Source: Chthoniobacteraceae bacterium (lineage in GTDB: Bacteria > Verrucomicrobiota > Verrucomicrobiia > Chthoniobacterales > Chthoniobacteraceae). Taken from it: a stretch of DNA of 57,494 nucleotides. Of this stretch, positions 1 through 9,520 are shown piece by piece. The notes beneath the pieces are model-generated. The model was not told where the DNA came from. It searched no databases and was given only the letters and a program-made list of their open reading frames with translations. How positions within the stretch are numbered: position 1 is the first letter of the stretch; every line of letters begins with the position of its first letter. A program made the position numbers and the translations under genes. Where the stretch lies: contig JANNWY010000299.1 in assembly GCA_031409335.1 (NCBI GenBank), forward strand, positions 1 to 57,494, in the 5' to 3' direction.

Positions 1-485
1 GCAGCACGGCGGGCGTGAACAGCACGCCCAACGAGAGCGCCTCCTACTCCGGCGCGGCCTACGTCTTGGTGCGTGGCGGGACGACGTGGACGCAGCAGGC
101 GTATCTCAAGTCCTCCGCCGTCGGCACCACACAAGCACCACCGGACCAGTTCGGCTTCTCGGTGGCCGTCTCGGGCGACACGGTAGTCGTCGGGGCTAAC
201 GCGGAGGACAGCAGCACGACGGGCGTGAACAGCACGCCCGACGAGGGTGCTACCGATGCCGGCGCGGCCTACGTCTTCGTGCGCAGCGGGACGACGTGGA
301 CGCAGCAGGCGTATCTCAAGCCCGACACCGTCGGCCTCACGCAGGAGGGGGATAGTTTCGGCTGGTCGGTGGCTGTCTCGGGCGACACGCTGGTCGTCGG
401 GGCTTGGAAGGAGGACAGTAGCACGACGGGCGTGAACAGCACGCCCAACGAGAACGCCCTCCAGTCCGGCGCAGCCTGCATCTTC
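1..485 (+). repeat. Intragenic tandem repeat, about 207-210 nt period (FG-GAP units)
   Basis: g(c/t)agcacg(g/a)cgggcgtgaacagcacgccc(a/g)acgag starts at 1, 211 and 418 and is nearly identical at the DNA level. Confidence 0.9.
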
Positions 486-902
486 ACCGGCCTCGGCCCC
501 AGCCTCACCGCCCTGCAAGCCTGGCGGCTGCAATACTTCGGCACGACCAGCAACAGCGGCAACGCGGCGGACGGCTTCGACTTCGAGGGCGACGGACTGG
601 TGAACTTCCTCGAATGGGTCTGCAACCTCGACCCCACGCTCCCCAGCACCCTGCCTGTTGCCATCGTCCGCAACGGCGCGAACCTGGAGTTCACCTACAC
701 GCGCAGCGTCTCCGCCGTGAATGCCGGGGCCGTCTTCACCGTGGAATGGAGCGACACGCTCGCCCCGCCGAACTGGAGCACGAGCGGCGTCAGCGAAACG
801 ATCCTCTCCGACAACGGCACGGTGCAGCAAGTGCAGGCGCTGGTCCCTGCTGGCAGCAGCGGGCAGCGTTTTGTGCATCTGAAAGTGACGGGCCCGCCGT
901 GA
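1..902 (+). CDS. FG-GAP (integrin alpha beta-propeller-like) repeat secreted protein, 5'-truncated by the window edge
   Basis: Repeated 'D.FG.SVAVSGDT.VVGA..ED...GAAYVFVRSGTTWTQQAYLK' units; C-terminal module 'WRLQYFG...DFEGDGLVNFLEW...FTYTR...RFVHLKV'. The frame is open from the window start. Confidence 0.85.
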   Translation, partial: STAGVNSTPNESASYSGAAYVLVRGGTTWTQQAYLKSSAVGTTQAPPDQFGFSVAVSGDTVVVGANAEDSSTTGVNSTPDEGATDAGAAYVFVRSGTTWTQQAYLKPDTVGLTQEGDSFGWSVAVSGDTLVVGAWKEDSSTTGVNSTPNENALQSGAACIFTGLGPSLTALQAWRLQYFGTTSNSGNAADGFDFEGDGLVNFLEWVCNLDPTLPSTLPVAIVRNGANLEFTYTRSVSAVNAGAVFTVEWSDTLAPPNWSTSGVSETILSDNGTVQQVQALVPAGSSGQRFVHLKVTGPP

Positions 903-1004
903 TTGGCGCGAGTCATGAAATTCCGCGCCACCGCTTCGCCGTTCATGCTGATTGCCAGGCTCGCCCCGGCGATGCAAATGGCGGATGGCTAATCGCATTC
1001 CCGC

Positions 1005-2198
1005 ATGAACTCCGGCTTTCTAGACAAATTCATCGAACGCATCGGACGCGTGCGGCCCGAGGAGGTGCAGAGTTATTTGCTGCGGCTGGCGGATGAGAAG
1101 GGATTCCTTGAAACGATTTTCAACGCGATCCGCGAGGGCGTCATCGTCACGGACCTGCACGGGCGCATCAACTATTTGAATCGCGTGGCGTGCGAAATTT
1201 TCGGTCTCGAACGCGACGCCTGCATGGGTCAGCCGCTCGACGAACATCTCCGCGGACTCGAGTGGAACAAGCTCGTCGAGAGTGAGCGGATCGTGAGCCG
1301 CGACATGGAGGTGTTCTATCCGCAGCACCGCTTTCTCAATTTTTACGTCGTGCCGCTGAGTCTCGAAGCGCCTGGGAAAAGGCGCAGCGAAGTCGTGATC
1401 CAGGAAGCGGTCGGATACGCTGTCATTCTGCGTGATACAACGGAAAGCCGGCGCTCGACCGAGGAAACGATTCAAAGCGAACGACTCACCGCGCTCACGC
1501 TCCTCGCCGCCGGAGTCGCGCACGAGATCGGCAATCCGCTGAACTCGCTGCACATCCACCTGCAACTCATGGAGCGCAAGCTGCGCAAAGTGGCACCGGC
1601 AGTTCGCAAAGATCTCGAACAGGCGCTGCAAGTCGCGCGCGATGAAATCACGCGGCTCGATTCGATCGTGCAGCAATTCCTTGGCGCGATCCGGCCCGCG
1701 CGGGTCGATCCGCATCTCGAAAACATCAATCTGCTGGTCCAGGAAAGCGTCGCCTTTCTCCAGCCTGAAATCGACGACCGCAATGTGCTCGTCGAACAGG
1801 AACTCCGCTCCGATTTGCCGCTGCTCGAAGTCGATCGCAATCAGATGAAGCAGGCGTTTTACAATGTCATCAAGAACGCATTCCAGGCGATGAAGCAGAA
1901 AGGCATGTTGCGAATTCGGACGGACTTCGATGATGCATTCGTGACGATTCAATTCGCGGATTCCGGCGGCGGTATTTCACCGGACAATATGAGCAAGATT
2001 TTCGAGCCCTACTTCACGACCAAAGCCAGCGGCTCCGGCCTCGGGCTGCTCATCGTGCGGCGCATCGTCCGCGAGCACGGCGGCGAGATCGAGCTGATGA
2101 GCGACGAGGGCAAGGGGCTCACGCTCACGATCCGGCTACCGCGGCGGGATCAGCGTTTGCGGATGCTCGGTCCGGGCGATGGCCAGGCGGAAACGTAG
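1005..2198 (+). CDS. PAS-domain sensor histidine kinase (NtrB/AtoS-like, soluble)
   Basis: PAS 'IREGVIVTDLHGRINYLN'; H-box 'AHEIGNPL'; N-box 'NVIKNAFQA'; G boxes 'DSGGGI', 'FEPYFTTK', 'GSGLGL'. Confidence 0.92.
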   Translation: MNSGFLDKFIERIGRVRPEEVQSYLLRLADEKGFLETIFNAIREGVIVTDLHGRINYLNRVACEIFGLERDACMGQPLDEHLRGLEWNKLVESERIVSRDMEVFYPQHRFLNFYVVPLSLEAPGKRRSEVVIQEAVGYAVILRDTTESRRSTEETIQSERLTALTLLAAGVAHEIGNPLNSLHIHLQLMERKLRKVAPAVRKDLEQALQVARDEITRLDSIVQQFLGAIRPARVDPHLENINLLVQESVAFLQPEIDDRNVLVEQELRSDLPLLEVDRNQMKQAFYNVIKNAFQAMKQKGMLRIRTDFDDAFVTIQFADSGGGISPDNMSKIFEPYFTTKASGSGLGLLIVRRIVREHGGEIELMSDEGKGLTLTIRLPRRDQRLRMLGPGDGQAET

Positions 2199-3383
2199 TC
2201 AGCCGTGCGGCAGGCAGGCGGGGCCGAGCGGCTCGAAGCTTTTATAGACGAGCGAAAATTCGGCGTGGCCGAGCGTCTCGCTGGCGGTGCGCGCGCCAGC
2301 AGCCACGTCGAGCACGCGCTGGAAAATCTCGTCGCCGACTTCATCGAGTGTCGCCGCGCCTTCGAGGATGCGGCCGGCGTTCACGTCCATGTCTTCGCTG
2401 AGATTGCGGAATGTTTCGGGATTCGCACAAATCTTGATGACCGGTGAAATCGCGGAACCGACCACCGAGCCGCGGCCCGTCGTGAAAAGCGTGACGTGCG
2501 ATCCGCACGCGACGAGTTCGCCGATTTCCTGGATGTCGCTGATGTTTGGGAAACCCCAGCGCACCTCGCCATCGGGGACGACATCGAGCAGGTAAAGTCC
2601 GCTCGCCGGTGGAATATCGCCCGGCTTGAGGATGCCGCTGATCGGCGAGTGCCCGCTCTTGCTGTACGCGCCCATCGACTTTTCCTCCTGCGTCGTGAGT
2701 CCGCCCTCCGCATTTCCCGGCGCGAAACTGCCGTGCCCCATCGTCGTGTAGTAACGCGCGGCTTTTTCCACGCACGCGATCAATTCCGGCGCGAGCTCCG
2801 GTCGCGCCGCGCGGGCGGCCATGATGCGTTCACAGCCGATGAGTTCGCCCGTTTCCTCGAAAACCACGCGCGCCCCGCTTTCCACGAGCCGGTCGAAGGC
2901 GCGGCCCACGGCGGGATTCGCGGTGATGCCGCTCGTCGCGTCCGAGCCGCCGCAGACGGTGCCGACGATGAGTTCATCGACGCTCATTTCCGCGCTCGCC
3001 GTGGGCCGGTTCAAAGCATCCGCGACCCATCGCCTGCCTTCGTCGATCGTAAGCCGCGTGCCGCCGCTTTGCTGAATGACGAGCGTTTTCGCGGGTCGCC
3101 CGTTGGCGCGGATTTCGGCGAGCAGTTCACCGCGGTTGAAGCCCTCGCAACCGAGTGAGACGAGGAGGACCGCACCGACATTTGGGTGCGTGCAAAGCTG
3201 GCGCAGCATCCGGTGCGCGTACGCATTTGGATAGCAGCCGGGAAAGCCAAGCAACTGCGCGCCCTTCTCGCGAAACGGCACGACGATCTCGCGCGCGACG
3301 TGATGCGCGCACTCGACGAGATACACGACGAGCGTGAAATCGCGGATGCCCTTGCGGCCATCGGAGCGCAGGACGCCAGTCAT
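2199..3383 (-). CDS. UxaA/GarD-family sugar-acid dehydratase, large (catalytic) subunit
   Basis: 'CGGSDATSGITANPAVG', 'PGNAEGGLTT.EEKSMGA', 'FTTGRGS', 'DMDVNAG'. Start reassigned to ATG 3383, which forms an ATGA overlap with the SAF gene. Confidence 0.9.
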   Translation of the reverse strand: MTGVLRSDGRKGIRDFTLVVYLVECAHHVAREIVVPFREKGAQLLGFPGCYPNAYAHRMLRQLCTHPNVGAVLLVSLGCEGFNRGELLAEIRANGRPAKTLVIQQSGGTRLTIDEGRRWVADALNRPTASAEMSVDELIVGTVCGGSDATSGITANPAVGRAFDRLVESGARVVFEETGELIGCERIMAARAARPELAPELIACVEKAARYYTTMGHGSFAPGNAEGGLTTQEEKSMGAYSKSGHSPISGILKPGDIPPASGLYLLDVVPDGEVRWGFPNISDIQEIGELVACGSHVTLFTTGRGSVVGSAISPVIKICANPETFRNLSEDMDVNAGRILEGAATLDEVGDEIFQRVLDVAAGARTASETLGHAEFSLVYKSFEPLGPACLPHG

Positions 3384-3712
3384 GCGTGCTCCTGTTGTGC
3401 GGCAAAATATGCGCGCTGATTTTCGCGGAGAAACGTCGGGAGATAGTCGCTGCGCAGATTGTGCGTGTGGACGTGCTCGCCCGGCGCGATGTCGCGCGTC
3501 GCGGAACCGATGGCCGCGCCGTATTTCAAAACTTTCGCACCTGCCGTGATCGCGCACGCGGCGACCTTGTGCCCGATTTGCAGCGCATCGGAAATCGTGA
3601 ACCCAGTTCCTTCGATGCGGACAGTTTCCCCCGCGAGCAGCGCTGCGATGACGGTGAGAACGTTGTCATCCGCGTGCAGGCGGAACAGGCGTGGATCGTT
3701 CGGCGAACTCAT
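3380..3712 (-). CDS. UxaA-family SAF-domain small subunit
   Basis: 'LHADDNV', 'GHKVA', 'KYGAAIG.A..DI..GEHVHTHNL'. Confidence 0.9.
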   Translation of the reverse strand: MSSPNDPRLFRLHADDNVLTVIAALLAGETVRIEGTGFTISDALQIGHKVAACAITAGAKVLKYGAAIGSATRDIAPGEHVHTHNLRSDYLPTFLRENQRAYFAAQQEHA

Positions 3713-3879
3713 GGAAGTGGCAAAAGTAATCTGCTCCGCAACCCGCCGCGAGCACGGAAGCGACCGATCGTTCCGGCATTGCCGCCTTTCCCTGACGCGG
3801 CGTAGTGGAAATGGAGGCGCTCATGCAGCACACACCGGCGCGATTGGTTTCTGCGACGAGTGCGCAGCTCGGGAATTTC

Positions 3880-4776
3880 TCACGCGGCACGCCGCGCTGG
3901 TCTGTCAGGCTCGGCGATGCGCGGCGCGACGCTGAGGCTCCAGAGCGTAGTCAGGGAAGTGGTTTCGCCGGGTGCCAGGCGCTTTGGAGGCGAGGTGAAT
4001 TCCAGCTCGATGTAGGGCAGTGTGCCGGGGAGACGGAACGCGGAGTCGTCGGGGTCGGAGAAGACTTGGGCGCGGCGGTGAGGAGTGTGCCCGGAGGCGA
4101 TGCCACGGGTTTCGATGGTGAAAGAAAACGCGCCAACTTGGGCGCTGAGTTGGTCGGCATCGAGGCCGATCTTTTGCCATGGAGCCGCGAAGCGGTGGAG
4201 GACGATGCTGTCGCCGCTTGTCTCGATGGATTGCCATTCACCGCCGGGGAAATGCGCGTAACCGGGAGCCACGGCATCGGGCGCGAGGCGGGCGATGATT
4301 TGCGCCGCGGCGGGGATTTGCGTGACCGTCCAGATGGCGACGGGCAATGCCAGCACGGCATCGGCGGCTTGTTCGAGGCAATTGGAAATGGCCACATCCG
4401 ACCCGGTGGGTGCGAGCGAGATTTCGCGGACGATGCGCACGCCGTAGTCGGCAACGACGGGCGAAGTCATGCGCAGAGTAAGGCCGAGTGGCGCGACGTC
4501 CCATGGCGCGGAGGCAGGGTCGCCTGGCGGATGCGTGGTGGCGGGGCTCCACTTGCGCCAGTCTTCCTCGGGCCAAATCCAAACCTTGTCGCCGCCCCAG
4601 TTCACCCATCCGGGAAAAACCACCGGCGTCTCGGTCGCGCGCGGGTTATTCCAAAGGACATTCTCTCCGCCGATCGCGCCGTAATGGACGATGCGGCCGG
4701 TCGTGGCAGAGACGAGAATTTCAAATCCGTCGTTGGCGATGCGATGGAGCGCGTCGCTGGCCGGATCAGCGTTCAT
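3880..4776 (-). CDS. DUF4380-like protein (probable galactose-mutarotase-like fold)
   Basis: 'GRIVHYG..GGENVLW', 'NWGGDKVWIWPE..W', 'YIELEF.SP'; ATGA overlap with the upstream transporter gene. Confidence 0.65.
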   Translation of the reverse strand: MNADPASDALHRIANDGFEILVSATTGRIVHYGAIGGENVLWNNPRATETPVVFPGWVNWGGDKVWIWPEEDWRKWSPATTHPPGDPASAPWDVAPLGLTLRMTSPVVADYGVRIVREISLAPTGSDVAISNCLEQAADAVLALPVAIWTVTQIPAAAQIIARLAPDAVAPGYAHFPGGEWQSIETSGDSIVLHRFAAPWQKIGLDADQLSAQVGAFSFTIETRGIASGHTPHRRAQVFSDPDDSAFRLPGTLPYIELEFTSPPKRLAPGETTSLTTLWSLSVAPRIAEPDRPARRAA

Positions 4777-6113
4777 CGCGCGAGGCGGCGCTGGGCCAGG
4801 TCCTCACGCATGGTTTTGCAGATGGCCTCGTTCAGCCCGTAGAAGCCGAAGAGGCACGCGAGGCAGAGTAGTCCGGCGGCGGGGATGAGGCTATTGAGAA
4901 GCAGGATGCCGCGGATGGATTCGGTGGATTGCACGGCATTGGCCACATACCCGAAATGCGTGAGCAGCCAGCCGGCAAAGGCAGCGCCGAGGCCCATGCC
5001 GGCCTTTTGCGCGCACGTCGTGGCGGAGAAGACGACGCCGGTTGTGCGGACGTTGAATTTCCACTCCGCGAAGTCCGCGGTGTCGGCGACGAGCGCCCAG
5101 TAAAGCGTGGCATTGATGCCCGACACGATCATCCCGAGAATCTGGAAGGTGAAAACGAGCGAGGTTTGATCGGGTGCAATCCAGTAGAACGGAATCGCGG
5201 TGAGCGCGACGAGCACCATGCTCGTGATGAATGATGCCTTCTTGCCTATGGCTTTGACAGCGAACTTCGTAAGCATCGCGCCAAAAATCATGGCCAGTCC
5301 GCCGATGAGAAAGAACGTCGCGATGCGGCCATCGTCCCACTTGAGATAACTCTTGAGGTAGTAGATGCCCGCGGTGCCGCGGATGACGGCAAAGGTGATA
5401 TTGACGATGCCCGCGATGAACATCATGACCCAGTGACGGTTCGCGAAAAGCGTCTTCAGGTCGTCCCGCAGGCGCGTCTTTTGGGTCGGCGGCGGCTGGA
5501 TGCGCTCGCGCGTGGTGAAGAATGAAATGAGGAACAACACGACTGCCAATGAGCTGAATAAGATAACTGTGCGCTGCGCCCCGGCCTGCTGATTGCCGCC
5601 ACCGAATTTCGCGATGAGCAGGAGGAAGCTGGAGTTGGCGATGATGCCGCCTATCTGCGCGAGCGACATGCGGTAGCTATTCAGGCTGGTCCGCTCCAGT
5701 GGGTCGTCGGTCATGACTCCAGACAGCGCGCCGTAGGGAATGTTGATGGCGGAGTAGAGCAGCATCAGCAGATTGTAAGTGACCCATGCCCAGACTAGCT
5801 TGCCCGCCGGGCTGAGATTGGGAGTCGTGAAGGCAAGGATGAAGACGACGGCCAGCGGCACACAGAGCCACACGAGGTAGGGACGGAAGCGGCCCCACTT
5901 CGACTTGGTCCGGTCGGCGGCGGCACCTATGAAAAAGTCCACGACGCCATCGGTGCAGCGGGCAAAGAGCAGCATGGTGCCCGCGGCGGCGGCGGTGATG
6001 CCGAAGATGTCAGTGTAGTAGAACATGATGAAGTTCATCATGAGCGCCCACACGAAATTGCTGGCGGTGTCGCCGAGGCCGTAGCCGACCTTTTCTTGAA
6101 TGCTCAGTTTCAT
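4773..6113 (-). CDS. MFS glycoside-pentoside-hexuronide (GPH):cation symporter
   Basis: 'EKVGYGLGDTASN', 'DRTKSKWGRFRPY', 'NIPYGAL', 'ADTADFAEWK...R..G'; about 12 hydrophobic segments. Confidence 0.93.
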   Translation of the reverse strand: MKLSIQEKVGYGLGDTASNFVWALMMNFIMFYYTDIFGITAAAAGTMLLFARCTDGVVDFFIGAAADRTKSKWGRFRPYLVWLCVPLAVVFILAFTTPNLSPAGKLVWAWVTYNLLMLLYSAINIPYGALSGVMTDDPLERTSLNSYRMSLAQIGGIIANSSFLLLIAKFGGGNQQAGAQRTVILFSSLAVVLFLISFFTTRERIQPPPTQKTRLRDDLKTLFANRHWVMMFIAGIVNITFAVIRGTAGIYYLKSYLKWDDGRIATFFLIGGLAMIFGAMLTKFAVKAIGKKASFITSMVLVALTAIPFYWIAPDQTSLVFTFQILGMIVSGINATLYWALVADTADFAEWKFNVRTTGVVFSATTCAQKAGMGLGAAFAGWLLTHFGYVANAVQSTESIRGILLLNSLIPAAGLLCLACLFGFYGLNEAICKTMREDLAQRRLAR

Positions 6114-9100
6114 GGGTGAGTGGTAGTTTGGACGGTGATGGCGAGCGCGTCGATGACGCCGGTGCGGAGAAAGATTTCGCGGCTGATCGCGGCGGTGAGC
6201 GACGTGGTCGAGAGGCGCTTGCTGCCGCCGTCTCGGTATTGGACGACAATGCCGGGCTGCCCGCCGAGTTCATAAGTCACGGGCACCTGGCAGAATGTGA
6301 AAGCGAGGCTGCGCTCGGGGAGTTTCAAGACCCGCCCGACGCCGCGGACGTCCACATAGCTGAACGAAGATGGCAAGTCGCTGAACTCAGTCGCATCGAG
6401 CAGCGAAGGCACAAAACGGATACAGCCATCGGTGACGACGACGCCCAGTTCGCCGAGACGCGTGAGGATTTCCTCCTTCACCTGTCCGGTCATGCCAGGC
6501 TGTTGCGCGCCAGCGTGCTTCGGTGTGTGCGAGTAGGCGTCGGTCGGGAATGCGCCGTATTCCGCGGCCGTCTTGCGGAAGCCGAGGCCATCCCGGACAT
6601 GGGAATAGGCTTCACCAAGTCGGGCTTTCGCGGAGTCGTCGTGCGCCTGCTCGCGGCATTCCTGCACCGCGAGCAGGAGCTTTGCGACCATGTGCCAGTA
6701 GATACTGCCAAGGCCTTCGAAGGCAAAGAAGCTGCCACTGCGTCCGGTGAAGGCGCTGTGGTGGAAGACCTGCTCCCATAAGGCAAGCACAGCGGTTCGA
6801 TCGCGCGCGGTGCCTTCACGCCAGCGCGCCTCCGCGCCGAGCGTATCCATGCGGCGCGCGAGGTCGGCGGCATTGGTAAAGTCGGGGTGGAAATGCGCGG
6901 CGTCATTCGTGTCGAGCGCGATGAGCGATTCGTCGCCCGCGGCGGCCATCTGCGCGAGCACGGGAGCCTGTGCGCGCCAGTCGTCGGGCAGCGTGTTGTG
7001 GGATAGGAACGGCACGATTTCGCGGTCGGGATACAGCATGTAGCTGCGCTGGTCCGCGCGGTAGAGCGGGCTGGCGCGTAGCGCAGCGAGTAGCGTGAGA
7101 GCTTCCAATTCATCGAACAGTCCGCTGCTCAGCGCGGCGACCTGCCCTTCCAGCATGAGGCTCAAGTGGCGCACCGAGGCACGGCCTTCACCTATCACGA
7201 GTAGGTTGTAGCTGTGAACCATTCCGTCCTCGCGGCGATTCCCGCGGAGGGTTATATCCACGGTGGAGAGCGCGACGGCGAAGAACTCGCGCGCCGCTGC
7301 GATGCTCACGCTTTTTGCACCGGAGTCGTCACCCGCGTAGAGCGCGGCCCGATGCACCTCACCGGCGCGTCCGAGCAACTCCGCGATGCGATAACGCTCC
7401 GCATCATCGCGCACCCCGCCAGCCTCGCGCAGCGCAGCGTGGATGCCTCCAAGAAGTTCCGCGACGGGCGCGGAAACAGTCAGCGTGATTCCTTTCGCGG
7501 CAGCGAAAAGGCGGTCGAGGAAGACGAGATAGCGGCGCAAATGGCAGACCGTCACGACCGAAAGGCCCCAGCCGGCGAGCGCATTGTTGGCGTCGTTCCA
7601 TTCGGGGCGTTGCGTGTTGAGCCAGATGCCTCCGCCGGGGATGAGATTGCTCAGCTTCACGAGCGCTGGCACGAGCAGCTTTTCCGCGAGCGAGACCAGC
7701 CGCACTTCGCCATTGGCATCGGCGAGCAGCTTGCCATCGCCGCCGATTTGCGCTGTGCGATCGAGCAGGCTGCGATGCCGCTCCTGATTGAAAGTAATCG
7801 AGTGCTTCGGGTCGCGCACGAGCGCATCGAAGCCCGCGATTTCATAAGGCACCATCGCGCTGGCAAACGCGCGCGCGTCCAAAGCGCCGGCGAGTTCACC
7901 CGGCCAGAACCGCTCGTGGCTCTCCAGCAGTCGCAGCAGGTAGATAATCTGATGGTCGCCCCAATAGCCGATGTGGCTCCATGCGTCGGCAGGGTCGTGG
8001 ACTTCCCAGTCGATGCCGTCGCGCGTGATGCGATACGGATTGTAGCCATCGGCGGTCGAGGCATTGAGGAAGACGGCGACCATCGCACCGAGGCATGCGG
8101 GATAGCTCTGCGCGAGTGCTTCCCAGTTTTGGAAAATGTCGCGCCAGTTCCCGCTGTAGCCGAGCGTCGGCTGGCCACTGGCATCGCGGGTCTCGATGGA
8201 GAAACGATTCCACGGGCGGCTCGGGTCGCCGTGGCGTCGGCTGAAACAGAGCGGCAGATATTCATTCGCCAGCCGCCGGAGCTGGGCATCGCCGCGGCGC
8301 GAGGCTTCGCTGGCCAGCGTCGTCAGCGAAATGCGCTGTGGCAGTTTTGCGACCCATTGCTCATGGCGTGCAAAGACAACCGTACTGCGCGCTTTTAGGA
8401 ATCTCGCGAAGTCTTCGCGCGGGCAGTCGTAGCCACGATCGAGCGTGCCGCCGCGCATCGTGTTGAACATCACGTTCGAGAAATGATGCACGCTCGCCGC
8501 ACGGTCGGCGGTGTGTTGCAGGCCATCCGCCGCGGCGACGCGATTGCGCAGTCCGCGTGTATTCGCCGCGCAGCTTTCGATGAGCGCCTGACGGAGTTCA
8601 TCGGGAGCTTTCAGCGCGTGCTGCAATTTCACGAGCGCACGATGGTCGAGACCCATATCCGCCACCGTGAACCACTCGCGCGTCTCCCCCGGCGACAGCT
8701 CGAATTCATCCACGACGAGATAAGCGCCAAAGTCGCCGCGAATCTCCGACTCATCACTCACAGCATCGCCCGCGCGGAAAGCCGCGACCTGCCGCTCCGA
8801 CAGCAACCGCACTGGCTGGCGATGCCCGAGCGACCAGGCGCAGGATGCGTGCAGCGACTCCGCAGGCTCGGCGCGGTCGCTGATGGCGGCATTGAGCGTG
8901 TAAATTCCCAGGCCCACATCGGCGACTAACTCGTGCCGCATGTAAGCTGCCGCGAGATAGCTGTAGCGCGCATAGGTTTCCTGACTCACCCCATGTGGCA
9001 GCAAGTGATGCCACCCATCGAGACTGCGCACGTTCACCCAACCCGTGCTCACGTTTTTCAGCGTGCAGTGCCGCACAAGACCGAACTCCTCACTCGCCTC

Positions 9101-9514
9101 CAGCCGCCAGCGCATCCGCAAGCCCAGCGCGTGATGCGTCTCCTCGAAAACGATGCTCGTCCCGCATTCATGTTTGTAGAGATTCCGCGCGACATCCGCC
9201 GGGCGCGGCGACTCCCGCCATGGCTCCCACAGAGTTTCGCCGATGCGCAGCAGGCAGGTCACGCCGCTTCCGTGCGGGAGGCGCAGGAGCTTGTCGGCGG
9301 TCTGATACGGAAATAACGCGCAGTCCGGATTCCGCCTGCCTGCGGTCAGCGCGGTATTGCTGCCGGCGAAAATCCACACGTCACCGTTACTGACGACGTT
9401 CATCAAGAACGGCGCAAGTTCATCCACGTCACGGATGCACAGATACGGCTCACCGTTCATCGTGACGAAGACCCCGGTTCCACGAGCAGTGGGTAATGGT
9501 GCAACCAATGGCAT
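6110..9514 (-). CDS. Probable GH149-family beta-1,3-glucan phosphorylase
   Basis: 1134 aa, no signal peptide. Motifs 'FSRRHGDPSRPWN.FSI', 'GNWRDIFQNWEAL', 'NASTADGYNPYRI', 'FTGRSG.FF..EGLGSIYWHMV.KL', 'GAQQPGMTGQVKE' match my recollection of GH149; the GH81 neighbour supports this. Confidence 0.78.
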   Translation of the reverse strand: MPLVAPLPTARGTGVFVTMNGEPYLCIRDVDELAPFLMNVVSNGDVWIFAGSNTALTAGRRNPDCALFPYQTADKLLRLPHGSGVTCLLRIGETLWEPWRESPRPADVARNLYKHECGTSIVFEETHHALGLRMRWRLEASEEFGLVRHCTLKNVSTGWVNVRSLDGWHHLLPHGVSQETYARYSYLAAAYMRHELVADVGLGIYTLNAAISDRAEPAESLHASCAWSLGHRQPVRLLSERQVAAFRAGDAVSDESEIRGDFGAYLVVDEFELSPGETREWFTVADMGLDHRALVKLQHALKAPDELRQALIESCAANTRGLRNRVAAADGLQHTADRAASVHHFSNVMFNTMRGGTLDRGYDCPREDFARFLKARSTVVFARHEQWVAKLPQRISLTTLASEASRRGDAQLRRLANEYLPLCFSRRHGDPSRPWNRFSIETRDASGQPTLGYSGNWRDIFQNWEALAQSYPACLGAMVAVFLNASTADGYNPYRITRDGIDWEVHDPADAWSHIGYWGDHQIIYLLRLLESHERFWPGELAGALDARAFASAMVPYEIAGFDALVRDPKHSITFNQERHRSLLDRTAQIGGDGKLLADANGEVRLVSLAEKLLVPALVKLSNLIPGGGIWLNTQRPEWNDANNALAGWGLSVVTVCHLRRYLVFLDRLFAAAKGITLTVSAPVAELLGGIHAALREAGGVRDDAERYRIAELLGRAGEVHRAALYAGDDSGAKSVSIAAAREFFAVALSTVDITLRGNRREDGMVHSYNLLVIGEGRASVRHLSLMLEGQVAALSSGLFDELEALTLLAALRASPLYRADQRSYMLYPDREIVPFLSHNTLPDDWRAQAPVLAQMAAAGDESLIALDTNDAAHFHPDFTNAADLARRMDTLGAEARWREGTARDRTAVLALWEQVFHHSAFTGRSGSFFAFEGLGSIYWHMVAKLLLAVQECREQAHDDSAKARLGEAYSHVRDGLGFRKTAAEYGAFPTDAYSHTPKHAGAQQPGMTGQVKEEILTRLGELGVVVTDGCIRFVPSLLDATEFSDLPSSFSYVDVRGVGRVLKLPERSLAFTFCQVPVTYELGGQPGIVVQYRDGGSKRLSTTSLTAAISREIFLRTGVIDALAITVQTTTHP

Positions 9515-9520
9515 CGCGCT

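Noticed and set aside
3805..4842. 345-aa plus-strand ORF with an apparent GGAGG and ATG
   Set aside because: Almost wholly antisense to the DUF4380-like gene, with no recognisable protein features.
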